Part shown: piece after piece, positions 1-8,929 of the stretch | Layout of the letters: every line of letters begins with the position of its first letter | Position numbering within the stretch: the stretch's first letter is position 1 | Source: Candidatus Latescibacterota bacterium | GTDB taxonomy: Bacteria; Latescibacterota; UBA2968; UBA8231 | Direction: 5' to 3' | Assembly (NCBI GenBank): GCA_965217585.1 | Contig: OZ244561.1 | Location: 2,720,001-2,784,000 of the forward strand | DNA: 64,000 nucleotides | Program-made: the position numbers and the translations under genes | Notes under the pieces: generated by a model | What the model saw: only the letters and a program-made list of their open reading frames with translations | Databases searched by the model: none | What the model was told of the DNA's origin: nothing

Positions 1-1
1 G

Positions 2-1600
2 TCCGAAGTGCGAGTCTTCGGCTTGTCTGGTGCGAAGGCATTGCTCGGGCGCACTGGGTACGTGAAAAATCCGATTTTGGCAGAGAATGAGCGGCATAAG
101 TTAGACGATCCGCAGTTTTGCAACACTCTGATTGAAGAGTCCCGGATCAATGCCTTTGAGGATGATCTGGAGCGGTATCTTTTTGGTGGTGGCAAGGGCT
201 ATGATCTCTTGCACAGTCCAATCTCATTCATTCAAATCGAGACTGCAAAGCTCATAGGTAAGTTGCACCGGCAAATTGAGGTTCTCGACGACACATTTGA
301 TCTGTCCGATCTCGAAATAAAAATAGAAAAGATGGACCGAACTGTTGGAGATCGCAGACGCGAACTCGAAGGCATGACTGATGAACTGTCTGAGGAATTA
401 TCGCAAGCATTATTGGATGCACAGGGGGCTTTTGAGGAGCGATGCAGGCTAGCGGAAGAAATCCTCAAGGACGATTTCAATGCCTACGACTCGTATGAAG
501 CACTCGAAGACAACTGGAACGGCGGTGCCCACTTAGCCGAGCTACCGGGCAGAAGTTCCGCGGCACTCGAAAGGCAGGCGGGGAAGTTGTTGCAAGATGC
601 CGTAAGAAATGTGCTGCGAAAGCAAACGCGAGAGATTCGGAGACAGGTTAGAGGCGAGTTAGGAGAAATCGCTTTGGAACTTCCCGAAATGCCTGAAATG
701 GTCCTTCAATTGCAGGCACCAAAGAGCGATGAAGCCGAAGAAGCGAAGCTCAAGGAACGTGAGCGAGAAATAGAAGAGATCAACCGAAAGTTGGATCAAC
801 TAGAGGACCAACAAGCAGGAGGCAGAAACGAACGTCGCTACGTGGAACTACGAGAAGAAAGGCAGCGACTGAGCGAGGAACATCACAGTGAACTCCAACA
901 TCTCGGCAGTCGCCCTGAAGCGAAAATTAGAAAGGTTGTCGAGGAAGAAGAACAGGATGTTAAGGGGATTGGCGGGTTCGTGGCGTACTTATTTAGGGGG
1001 AAAAAGCGGATACAAATTACCAGAGAAATCGTTGACGACCAAGACCAAGAGGATTATAAAGAGAGGCTGAAGCGCATTGAGACTCAGTATGAGGAGAAAC
1101 TGGCAGAACTCGACCGCGTAACGAAAGAAGCAGAGGAAAAGTACAAGGCCGAGTTGGTGGCGGGACGCAAAGCCGAGAAACTGGAAGAACTCAATCAAAA
1201 TAAGCAGCAGGCATTGGAAAAGGCGGAAAGCCACTATCAGGAGCAATCGGATAAGGCCGGTCAACGCGCTGCCACCTTGAACAAAGTACAGTCGATTAGC
1301 ACTTTCCAACTCGCCGTGGAAACCCTAAAAACTGCTGTGGAGCATTCTGTTGGTCAGACCGAAAATATGGCTACGGATTTCATCGAGAACGCAATGGCTG
1401 AACTCGATGCCACCCTGAAAGCCCACAATCAGGAGTTGGAGAAGCTCAAATCTTTGAAGGAAGTCAAAGAGAGTGAGCGGGACACGGCAAAGGAAGGGAT
1501 TGCGCGGGCAATAGAAGACGTGAAGACCCTGCAAGAGGCGGCGGCGCACGTGGAGAAAGAGCACGAGGCTTTTGCCACAGAATCTGGAGAGGAAAAATAA
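2..1600 (+). CDS. Bacterial dynamin-like protein (5'-truncated by the window edge), end of the GTPase domain plus long helical stalk
   Basis: Frame open from base 2. 'VFGLSGAKAL' resembles the last dynamin G-domain motif, 'FEDDLERYL' resembles the DLP neck, followed by a long coiled coil with a hydrophobic tip 'GIGGFVAYLF'. Directly upstream of a clear DLP. Confidence 0.7.
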   Translation, partial: SEVRVFGLSGAKALLGRTGYVKNPILAENERHKLDDPQFCNTLIEESRINAFEDDLERYLFGGGKGYDLLHSPISFIQIETAKLIGKLHRQIEVLDDTFDLSDLEIKIEKMDRTVGDRRRELEGMTDELSEELSQALLDAQGAFEERCRLAEEILKDDFNAYDSYEALEDNWNGGAHLAELPGRSSAALERQAGKLLQDAVRNVLRKQTREIRRQVRGELGEIALELPEMPEMVLQLQAPKSDEAEEAKLKEREREIEEINRKLDQLEDQQAGGRNERRYVELREERQRLSEEHHSELQHLGSRPEAKIRKVVEEEEQDVKGIGGFVAYLFRGKKRIQITREIVDDQDQEDYKERLKRIETQYEEKLAELDRVTKEAEEKYKAELVAGRKAEKLEELNQNKQQALEKAESHYQEQSDKAGQRAATLNKVQSISTFQLAVETLKTAVEHSVGQTENMATDFIENAMAELDATLKAHNQELEKLKSLKEVKESERDTAKEGIARAIEDVKTLQEAAAHVEKEHEAFATESGEEK

Positions 1601-1601
1601 A

Positions 1602-3983
1602 ATGAGCAACGCTATGGAACGCTGGAAAACGATCGTCAAAACACTGGAGGCCGCCGATTTGGACCGTTTGGCGGCTTATGTGCGCGACGAGTCTAATTCT
1701 GCACACGCAGCACTGTTGAGCATCCCTGTCATTGGCGAAACCGGATCGGGAAAGAGCGCGTTGGTTGCTCGTATCTTTGATGTGGAGCCAGCGATTTTTC
1801 CTCAAGATGTCCTCGAATCCACGGCACGCCCAGTGGAAGTCAAGTACGCGCGAACCAGCTATCGTGCCGTGGTGCATGGCGATGACGAATGGGATGAGTG
1901 TGAAGATGACACACATTGGGACGAGCTGGTGCGAGGACGGAAGCCGCTCAGTAGCGGTTCGCGTCTTGAAGTCGGGTTGCAGTGCGAAGATTTGAAGGCT
2001 TGGAACGCGAGTATCGTGGATACGCCCGGCATGAATACCAATACCCCGGAGCTGGAGGGACGCGCTTGGGCTGCAGCCGCTACTGCGCCAGTGGTGATAT
2101 TGACCATTCCCGCGACGAGTACGGGCAGGAGGACTGATATTGATTACTTGGAGAGCTTGGGCGACAACTCGGCGAATGTCGTAATCGCGCTTACAAAAAC
2201 AGATCTGCTTTCTTCAGGTGAAATAGATCGCGTGATAGATGATTTTCGCAATCGCCTTACCAAGTGCGGCATTTCGCCGCTTGGAATACTGCCGACATCG
2301 AGCACCGATGGGAAAGGCATTACAGAGTTGCGGAAGATGCTGGAGGAAGTAACGGGAGAGCGCCGCGAGCAATTGGTCGCGCACCATGTTGGCGGGCGCG
2401 TGGCGGAGAAAATTCAGAGTGAATTGTCGACTCTCCGGCTCAAGCAGACGGCTCTCGAATCCGAGTCAGTGACCACGAGAGAACAAGGCGAGATCGTAGA
2501 GCGCGATATTGTCGCGGAAGGGGCCGATCAAGAGGACGCTCTCAGAAAGGCCACCAACATATTGAAGGATCGCTGTACGCGCCTGCGTCTCGAAGCATTT
2601 AATAACATGCACGAGATCGGCAAGAAAGTTCTCCAAACCATTTCCGATAAGATCGCCCCATTGCAAACATATAGTGAGGTGCAGAGTTTTGCCGAGGACG
2701 CTATTCGCAAATACGTCTTACAGTGGCGGGAGGAGTGTATTGCCACGGCTGAAGATCGCTTGGAGAAGCTCGATCAAGAAGGGATCCAAGTCGCCAAGGA
2801 TGTAGTGTCTCAGCACTTTAATCAGATGGACATTTCAATGGATTGGCTACAAGACCTGCCAGAGGGAAGGGTGTCTCATCGCCCTACTTGGGACTCGACA
2901 TACGAGAATGTGCAACGTTCCCAAGAGGACTTGTTACGCCAAATTGAAGAGTTGCAGAAACACGCTCCAATGGCCGATGAGTTGGAAGCCATTCAACAGG
3001 AACTATCTGTTGCAAAAGAGGATCTTGACGGACTCGAATATGAGCCGCAGATGGATGAGGTTCACCTCGACCAAGGAAAGAGAGAAATTAAAGAAGCTTT
3101 GCGCTGGTCGGGGCAGGCTTTAGACATGGCTTTGACCTTAGCACCTATTCCCACAGGCGGGAAAGTAGGTGTGTTTCTAAAAAATTTACCAAAAGGGAAG
3201 CAGATCATTGGTGGGATCAAAAAGTACAATAAACTCATCGCCGCACGCGACAAATTACTGATAAAGGCCGTGTCCGGTGTTCCGGAGCTACCCAAGCCTA
3301 TGCAGGGAAATCTGCCGACTGCGCCCGGTGGCAAGGTGACAAAAGACGTAGCCCGGGGGTGGTTGATGAAGGCTCTCGATAACTTGTCCCTTGAGACTTG
3401 GGGCGAGCGATTGGGTGGGGTAGTTGGCGACTGGGTTAGCCCGGATAAAGTAGTCGAGATCGAGAATGAAGAGGTGCGTCAAGAGTTTCTCAAGCTCAAA
3501 AAACCCTTTGACGATGAGGTAGTCAGGCTTGAGCACGAACAAGCTAAAATCAAGTCGCGACAGAATCTCCTACAAGACAAACAAATCGAGTGGGAGGACA
3601 AAAAAGAGGAAGCAGCGCGTCTCGAAAAAGAGAGAAGGGATTTGGAGGCAAACCAGCAGCGCTTAGAAGCCGAGGAGAAGGCGACTGCGGCAAAGACGGC
3701 ACTGATGGCACAACTGAGCAGTCAATTTCTCGCCCACGATGGGGATTCGCTCTTCGCGGATGTTCGTCGGGCGGTGAGTGTGGGCTTTGATTCCGCGCGT
3801 GAAGCACTTGAGAACCACCTGCGGGAGCGCGTGAGAGCGATCAAGTCCGAGGTTCAGGCCGCGCTGAAGGAAGCGCGAGCAAAACATGCTCAGGGAGAAG
3901 CGGCTGTCAAAGAAGCTCTTGAAACAAACCAGAAAATGCGTCAGGCCCTTGAGTCCGCATTGTCTCAGTTGGAAGCATTGTGA
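1602..3983 (+). CDS. Dynamin-family GTPase (bacterial DLP)
   Basis: G1 GETGSGKS, G2 EST, G3 DTPG, G4 TKTD, then a long coiled coil. ATG at 1602, one base after the upstream TAA, with GGAGAGG upstream. Confidence 0.9.
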   Translation: MSNAMERWKTIVKTLEAADLDRLAAYVRDESNSAHAALLSIPVIGETGSGKSALVARIFDVEPAIFPQDVLESTARPVEVKYARTSYRAVVHGDDEWDECEDDTHWDELVRGRKPLSSGSRLEVGLQCEDLKAWNASIVDTPGMNTNTPELEGRAWAAAATAPVVILTIPATSTGRRTDIDYLESLGDNSANVVIALTKTDLLSSGEIDRVIDDFRNRLTKCGISPLGILPTSSTDGKGITELRKMLEEVTGERREQLVAHHVGGRVAEKIQSELSTLRLKQTALESESVTTREQGEIVERDIVAEGADQEDALRKATNILKDRCTRLRLEAFNNMHEIGKKVLQTISDKIAPLQTYSEVQSFAEDAIRKYVLQWREECIATAEDRLEKLDQEGIQVAKDVVSQHFNQMDISMDWLQDLPEGRVSHRPTWDSTYENVQRSQEDLLRQIEELQKHAPMADELEAIQQELSVAKEDLDGLEYEPQMDEVHLDQGKREIKEALRWSGQALDMALTLAPIPTGGKVGVFLKNLPKGKQIIGGIKKYNKLIAARDKLLIKAVSGVPELPKPMQGNLPTAPGGKVTKDVARGWLMKALDNLSLETWGERLGGVVGDWVSPDKVVEIENEEVRQEFLKLKKPFDDEVVRLEHEQAKIKSRQNLLQDKQIEWEDKKEEAARLEKERRDLEANQQRLEAEEKATAAKTALMAQLSSQFLAHDGDSLFADVRRAVSVGFDSAREALENHLRERVRAIKSEVQAALKEARAKHAQGEAAVKEALETNQKMRQALESALSQLEAL

Positions 3984-4846
3984 GTCAGGGCGCAGAAGCT
4001 CTTTGGGAGCGGGTTCTCGAAAGAGAACGGGGGTTGAAGAGAGTCTTGTCCGACGCCAGTGTAGTCGAGTCGAGCGATGATCCAATTAGTGACAAGCCAC
4101 TTGTGGATTCCGATACTGGGATCGCTGACGATGGGTCTGAACCAGAGACTGATGATCCATTAGCAAATTTCGACCCCGTGATTGACGATGATGAAGCAGA
4201 GGCGGTCGTCGATGTACTCTTCGAGGAATCGGCTGATCTCTGGTTATCGCGGTCGCGTCTCGCGTTGAAACATGCGCTTCAGTCAATGGGCACAGCAAGG
4301 GATGTTCTCCCCATTCGCCGCCCGTTACTGATCTTCTCCTCTCACCGTTCAAAGCTCGCCGCACCCGAGTATCACCGCGTAGAAGTCACGCGAGAGGGTT
4401 GGCCCCGCCGCCTACAATCCACCGAGCCGCTGACAAGCAATGCTGCTGCAAAAACTCTGGCATCTTCCCATTCGATTTCACCGTATTTTGAAGGCGATAC
4501 CGTTGCGGTTGAGGTTCCAAATCCGTTGCTCGCCCGCGATCGATGGATCGTTTTATGGCCAGAGTTGAATGACCTCCCCGACCCGGCGGAGTTTCAGCAA
4601 TGGCGGCAAGTGCGCCGGGTCGTGTGGTGTGTCAAGAGAGATCAAATAGGACCTCGAGATGTCATTAATTGGCTTTCTCGCTCTTGGCCAGACATCCCCA
4701 TTCGCATAGCACTCTTTAGAGCAGCATCGTTTGTTCACGGGGAAAGGGACATGGAAGCAAAACTAAAGAAGCTGTCGGGGGTTCGTCGCGCACTTGAAAA
4801 ATTCGATAGAATTAAAAGCCATCCTTGGATCGTGGTGGGGCCATAA
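3980..4846 (+). CDS. Hypothetical protein: acidic N-terminus and a probable degenerate dynamin-like G domain
   Basis: GTGA overlap with the DLP stop. 'VEVPNPLLARDRWIVLWPELND' resembles the DLP 'v.vP.pLL..gl.lvDTPG.nd' segment, but there is no P-loop or DTPG. Confidence 0.7.
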   Translation: MSQGAEALWERVLERERGLKRVLSDASVVESSDDPISDKPLVDSDTGIADDGSEPETDDPLANFDPVIDDDEAEAVVDVLFEESADLWLSRSRLALKHALQSMGTARDVLPIRRPLLIFSSHRSKLAAPEYHRVEVTREGWPRRLQSTEPLTSNAAAKTLASSHSISPYFEGDTVAVEVPNPLLARDRWIVLWPELNDLPDPAEFQQWRQVRRVVWCVKRDQIGPRDVINWLSRSWPDIPIRIALFRAASFVHGERDMEAKLKKLSGVRRALEKFDRIKSHPWIVVGP

Positions 4847-5472
4847 TGACGACGTGGGCAAAAAATCCTTCCGAGTTTCTCGCGTTCCTCAACGGTCTTG
4901 ACAGTCGCGATGCCTTTTCAAAAAGCCAGCGTTTCCCAGTCGTTAGGTCCACCAATGCAAATACCGAGATAAAAAAGCCGCCACTAGAAGCTCAAAACGA
5001 CGTTCTCGCACTGGTGTACGAAATTTTGGGGGTTTTGAGGAAGGGAGGAACGAAAAAAAGACCATCCGCGAGAAACTTACTGAATGTTCCCCAAGTAGAT
5101 GAGTTTTTTTCAAAAGCAACTCAGGCGATGGTCGAGGCGGCGAGTCGACAGAACTCGCCACTGCAAAAGGCGATAGAAGGTCTCGTCACAGAAGCCTATA
5201 TCGAACGAATCCGAATTGAATTTGTCGGCGAATTGGCGCGTTCCCTCAAGGTATTTCGAGTACGCCTCACAAAAGATCGTGCAAAAGACGATGACTGGCA
5301 GGATGAGTTGGATAGCGGAGTCGTGCTGTACGATGTCTTTCGGCCAAATCTATGGGATATTTATCGGGAGCTATGGGACAAATGGCAGGCTGATATGGTA
5401 CGTATCCGCGATCTAGCTACACACGTACAGTGCATCGACAAAACGTTAAAAGGAGAGGAGACAAACTCTTGA
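4846..5472 (+). CDS. Hypothetical helical protein
   Basis: TAATG overlap with the upstream gene; protein-like helical composition; lies inside the operon. Confidence 0.7.
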   Translation: MTTWAKNPSEFLAFLNGLDSRDAFSKSQRFPVVRSTNANTEIKKPPLEAQNDVLALVYEILGVLRKGGTKKRPSARNLLNVPQVDEFFSKATQAMVEAASRQNSPLQKAIEGLVTEAYIERIRIEFVGELARSLKVFRVRLTKDRAKDDDWQDELDSGVVLYDVFRPNLWDIYRELWDKWQADMVRIRDLATHVQCIDKTLKGEETNS

Positions 5473-6452
5473 AGAAAACGGTGTTATTTGCATTCGGCGC
5501 TGTGTTCCCCTTGGTCGCCTTGGCTGTTTTAACCATCGTCATGCCCCCTGTCGGAACGTGGGCTATTGTGATGGGGCTTGCTGTAGTCGCCGGGGTACTT
5601 TCAGCGCAGGCCGGACAGGAACTGGTTCAGTTACTCTTGAGCATTCGCAAAGGGCTCGGGGAAGCAAACAAAGAAGCCAAAGCGGCGCAAAGCGAGGCAA
5701 ACAAAATTCTCGCGGAACGGTTCGAGCGTTTTGTAGAGGAATACGGACAGCGAGACGAAGACTGGCGCACCAAAACGCTGGCCGAGTGGCAAGCCGTGAG
5801 GCAAGCGTTGGATTCGTCTTTTGAAAAGATGTTATCGGATGTTCGCTCGCATCTCGCAACACTGGCCGAGCAAGAGCGAGCATGGCAAGAAGAAGCGGTG
5901 CAATCGAGAACCGAGGCCATGCAGGCTGAAGCGAAACAAGCACGCAGTGAATTTGCACAGTTCTGCGAGGCGACGAAAGAAGCGGTAGAACAACACGCAG
6001 CCGTAATTCAAGCGACGCAAAAGACCATTGAGAACGTTGAGGATCATTTCGCCAAGCAGCAGGCGAACGCACTCACTGAGTGGCAAGCCGTGACGCAGGC
6101 GTTGGCTTCGTCTTTTGAGAAGAATCTTGCAGCACTGGCCGAGCGAGAGCGAGTATTGCAAGAAAAAGCGGCGCAAGAGAGAACCGAGGCCATTGATGCT
6201 GAGTTGGCACAAGTAAAAGAAACTTTTGCACTGGTTGAAGATACCCGCAACAAACTCAATGCAGAATTTGAAAAGGTGATTGGGGAGCTTCGCGCACTCG
6301 TTAAAAAAGAGACGCAAAGGCAGGAGGAGCAAAAGAGCGCCGACCGCGATCACCTCGAAAAAATGTTGGAAGTTCAACAAAAGGCCCATGACGAAGCAGA
6401 AGAACGCTCCGGGCAACTGTGGTGCCATTTGCTCGATCAGTTAAAAAGTTAA
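5469..6452 (+). CDS. Membrane-anchored coiled-coil protein (two N-terminal TM helices, internal repeat)
   Basis: TTG start overlaps the upstream TGA, RBS GGAGAGG. Two hydrophobic segments. Duplicated 'EWQAVxQALxSSFEK...LAExER...RTEA'. Confidence 0.8.
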   Translation: MKKTVLFAFGAVFPLVALAVLTIVMPPVGTWAIVMGLAVVAGVLSAQAGQELVQLLLSIRKGLGEANKEAKAAQSEANKILAERFERFVEEYGQRDEDWRTKTLAEWQAVRQALDSSFEKMLSDVRSHLATLAEQERAWQEEAVQSRTEAMQAEAKQARSEFAQFCEATKEAVEQHAAVIQATQKTIENVEDHFAKQQANALTEWQAVTQALASSFEKNLAALAERERVLQEKAAQERTEAIDAELAQVKETFALVEDTRNKLNAEFEKVIGELRALVKKETQRQEEQKSADRDHLEKMLEVQQKAHDEAEERSGQLWCHLLDQLKS

Positions 6453-6859
6453 TGGCTATCCTACATGAACGGCTGCATTCGGAACTTGCCACAACCGAGT
6501 TGAAGGCGGTACTGGCCGAAGATCCAAGGCTGACAAGTCTCGTGGAAAATACGCTGCGCCGTGCGCGGGAACTGGTTGAGCAAAGGCGGGTGCTAGAGGC
6601 GCAAGTCTGGCTAGCGGGAATCACGGCGATCGTCGAACGCTGTCGCCGCGAGCGCATTGCCGCCAAACAGCGTCAAGAAGAGCGCATTGCCACTCTAGTA
6701 GCGAATCTCGGAAGCAACCCCCCGGCCAAAGGTCTCGGCGAACTACTCTCCCATGCGGCAACCCTTCAGCCCGACGTCACCGGCAAGCTCCTCGATGTAG
6801 TAGAAAGTGCGCTGACGGGTGCTGATCCGGGCATACCCCATAGACGACGGACTCGCTAA
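6452..6859 (+). CDS. Hypothetical helical protein, last gene of the dynamin operon
   Basis: TAATG overlap with the upstream gene; open frame MAILHERLHSELAT... Confidence 0.7.
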   Translation: MAILHERLHSELATTELKAVLAEDPRLTSLVENTLRRARELVEQRRVLEAQVWLAGITAIVERCRRERIAAKQRQEERIATLVANLGSNPPAKGLGELLSHAATLQPDVTGKLLDVVESALTGADPGIPHRRRTR

Positions 6860-6868
6860 GCGGACGCT

Positions 6869-6984
6869 CTACCCTTCAAAAGCGAGCACGCGCAGCGGAA
6901 TGGCGTCGGTTCCAGCCGCCGGTAGCGGCTGGGCAAAAAGGTAAACGCGGGGTTGTAGTAGGTCGCCTAAGCGGTCTAGGCTCT
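6869..6984 (-). repeat. Diverged direct duplicate of the last 116 bp of the cyclase gene (8264-8379)
   Basis: Hand alignment: ctacccttcaaaagcgag...aggctct in both places, ungapped, about 10 mismatches, includes the TAG stop. Confidence 0.9.
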
Positions 6985-7023
6985 TAAACAGGATTATCTA
7001 GATCGTCGTAAGGAGTACGCACC

Positions 7024-7209
7024 ATGAGTGATGTAGAAAAGTATATTGCAGAAAGAAAGAAGACCGATCCTGAGTTTGCAGAAGGCTTTGAGGAAGGATA
7101 TAAGGAATTCGAATTCGGCGTTTTGCTGCGTCAAGCCAAGGAGGAATCCGGCTTAACGCAGGAGCAACTCGCCAAGTTAATGCACACTAGCGGACACGGC
7201 GACACCTGA
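7024..7209 (+). pseudogene. Truncated XRE-family HTH antitoxin (HigA-like)
   Basis: 'DPEFAEGFEEGY...LLRQAKEESGLTQEQLAKLM' then breaks off before the recognition helix. RBS AAGGAG. Preceded by a possible toxin C-terminal remnant 'DYLDRRKE'. Confidence 0.7.
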
Positions 7210-7374
7210 ATCGCGCAAACCAAAATTTTCAAGTGCCACGCGGGCATTTACGATTGTGGCGATTGACGTGGCGCAATTGGGCGATCGACATGTTGCAGCG
7301 CATTGCCACGGAGATCAATGTCCCCGTTCCCTGGGAGTCATAAACGGACAATAACACGGCGATGCGAGAGAAGG

Positions 7375-8229
7375 TTAAAGACCGTACCACTCTCTCGGGG
7401 CCGTAGGGTGAAAGTCATAGCGCTCGACGCCGAGCGCCTGAAGAACGCCGCGCTCGACGAGAGAAAAGTCGGCAGGATCCTCGCGGTTGAAGCGTAGGGG
7501 TTTTTTGAGGGCGACAGGGGGATTGGTCATGAAGCGGGGGCGACCCGAGTGATTGGGGGAGGAGGCATGGAGGGTAAAAGGGTGGAGAAGGGTCAGATCG
7601 CCGGTCTGGCCGGTAAGCTCAATGAAGTCTTGGCACTGGTCGATGAGAAAGCTACAGGCCCCCGGATCGACGCCCTCGGGATGGTCGGCGAGGTAGCGGG
7701 CAACGTGTCTGAAGGAATCGCAGGCGACGAAGGTGCCGCCGGACTTGGGAGGGGTATCGGTCCATTGGAGGACGACCAATAGGGCTTGTTCGGGGCTGTC
7801 TAAGAAATGGCGGAAGAAGCTGCCGTCCTTGTGCCAGTGGGCCGTGTTGGAGGCCGGGGGTTGCCAAGGGGTATCGGCACCATAGTGGAAGTTGATGATG
7901 AAAGCGTCGGACCAGTGGAAGGATTCGACCGAAGAGAAATGCTTGGTTTCTAGTCGGCGAATGGCGAGATCGATGCGGTCCTCGCCGCCGAGTACATCGC
8001 AGGTCGCGCCCCAAGCTCGGGGGCAAAGGTCCTTCACTTTGAATCTGTGAGCGTGATCTAAGTAGCGGATCGGCTCGGTCCAGGTGGCGGGATCTTCGGG
8101 GTCGTAGCCCAAGCGCTCATAGGCGTGGTCAATGAGCGGCTGGGCGAAGTCGCGGGTGAAGCAGCCGGGGATGGTGACGTAGCCCTTGGCGAGAAAGTGG
8201 TCGGCTTCGGCGGGCGTGAGGGTTTGCAT
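7375..8229 (-). CDS. Phytanoyl-CoA dioxygenase (PhyH) family Fe(II)/2OG dioxygenase
   Basis: 'LTPAEADHFLAKGY', WHKDG (HxD), distal 'LHAS..N.SG.PR'. Confidence 0.85.
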   Translation of the reverse strand: MQTLTPAEADHFLAKGYVTIPGCFTRDFAQPLIDHAYERLGYDPEDPATWTEPIRYLDHAHRFKVKDLCPRAWGATCDVLGGEDRIDLAIRRLETKHFSSVESFHWSDAFIINFHYGADTPWQPPASNTAHWHKDGSFFRHFLDSPEQALLVVLQWTDTPPKSGGTFVACDSFRHVARYLADHPEGVDPGACSFLIDQCQDFIELTGQTGDLTLLHPFTLHASSPNHSGRPRFMTNPPVALKKPLRFNREDPADFSLVERGVLQALGVERYDFHPTAPREWYGL

Positions 8230-8263
8230 GGCCAACGGCGGGAATCTCCAGTGCGGACCACAG

Positions 8264-8929
8264 CTACCCTTCAAAAGCGAGTACGCGCAGCGGAATGGCG
8301 TCGGTTTCGGCTGCCGGTAGCGGCTGGGCGAAAAGGTAAACGCGCGGTTGTCGCAGGTCTCCTAAGCGGTCCAGGCTCTCGATTAGGGGAATGCCGTGCG
8401 CGAAGAGCAGGTGGTGGTTGGGCAGGCTGCGGTCGCCCGGAATGTCTAGGCCGGGCGTGTCGATGCCGACCAGTTTGACGCCTGCCTCGACGAGCCAGCG
8501 CAAGGCTGCGGTCGAGGGGTAAGGCGGATAGGCACCAGCGGTAGCCCGTTGATCCCAGTCAAAGCGAAAAAGTGCGATGTCCCTCGGGCGGACGCCTCCA
8601 CCTGGGTCGGCGGCCCGTTGGAGTTGCTCCGGTGAAAGCGGCTCGCCCAGCGGGGCATCACTAAAGTCGAAGACGATCGCCTCGCCGAAAAAGCGCTCGA
8701 CATCGAGGTCGGCGATGGCTGGGCCGTCTTGTACGGCGTGTAAAGGCCCTTCGACATGGGTACCGGCGTGCCCGCCCATGTCGATGCTGGTGGTGATATA
8801 CCAGCGGTCGGTCGGCGGGTCGTCAACGGGTACGCGCACCGTGCGGTAGTGGATGAGGCGACCTTCCGACGGAGTGATGGTCCGCGAAAGATCTACCATG
8901 CGGCTGTAGGCGAAGGAGGGGACCTTCAC
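8264..8929 (-). CDS. Cyclase family protein (kynurenine formamidase-like metal hydrolase)
   Basis: VDLS, HAGTHVEGP, GIDT, 'H..LF..GIPLIE.L', 'P.RVLA'. Confidence 0.9.
   Translation of the reverse strand: MKVPSFAYSRMVDLSRTITPSEGRLIHYRTVRVPVDDPPTDRWYITTSIDMGGHAGTHVEGPLHAVQDGPAIADLDVERFFGEAIVFDFSDAPLGEPLSPEQLQRAADPGGGVRPRDIALFRFDWDQRATAGAYPPYPSTAALRWLVEAGVKLVGIDTPGLDIPGDRSLPNHHLLFAHGIPLIESLDRLGDLRQPRVYLFAQPLPAAETDAIPLRVLAFEG

Noticed and set aside
1-8400. Prophage or ICE call for the left island
   Set aside because: No integrase, transposase, phage or conjugation gene is visible in the window.
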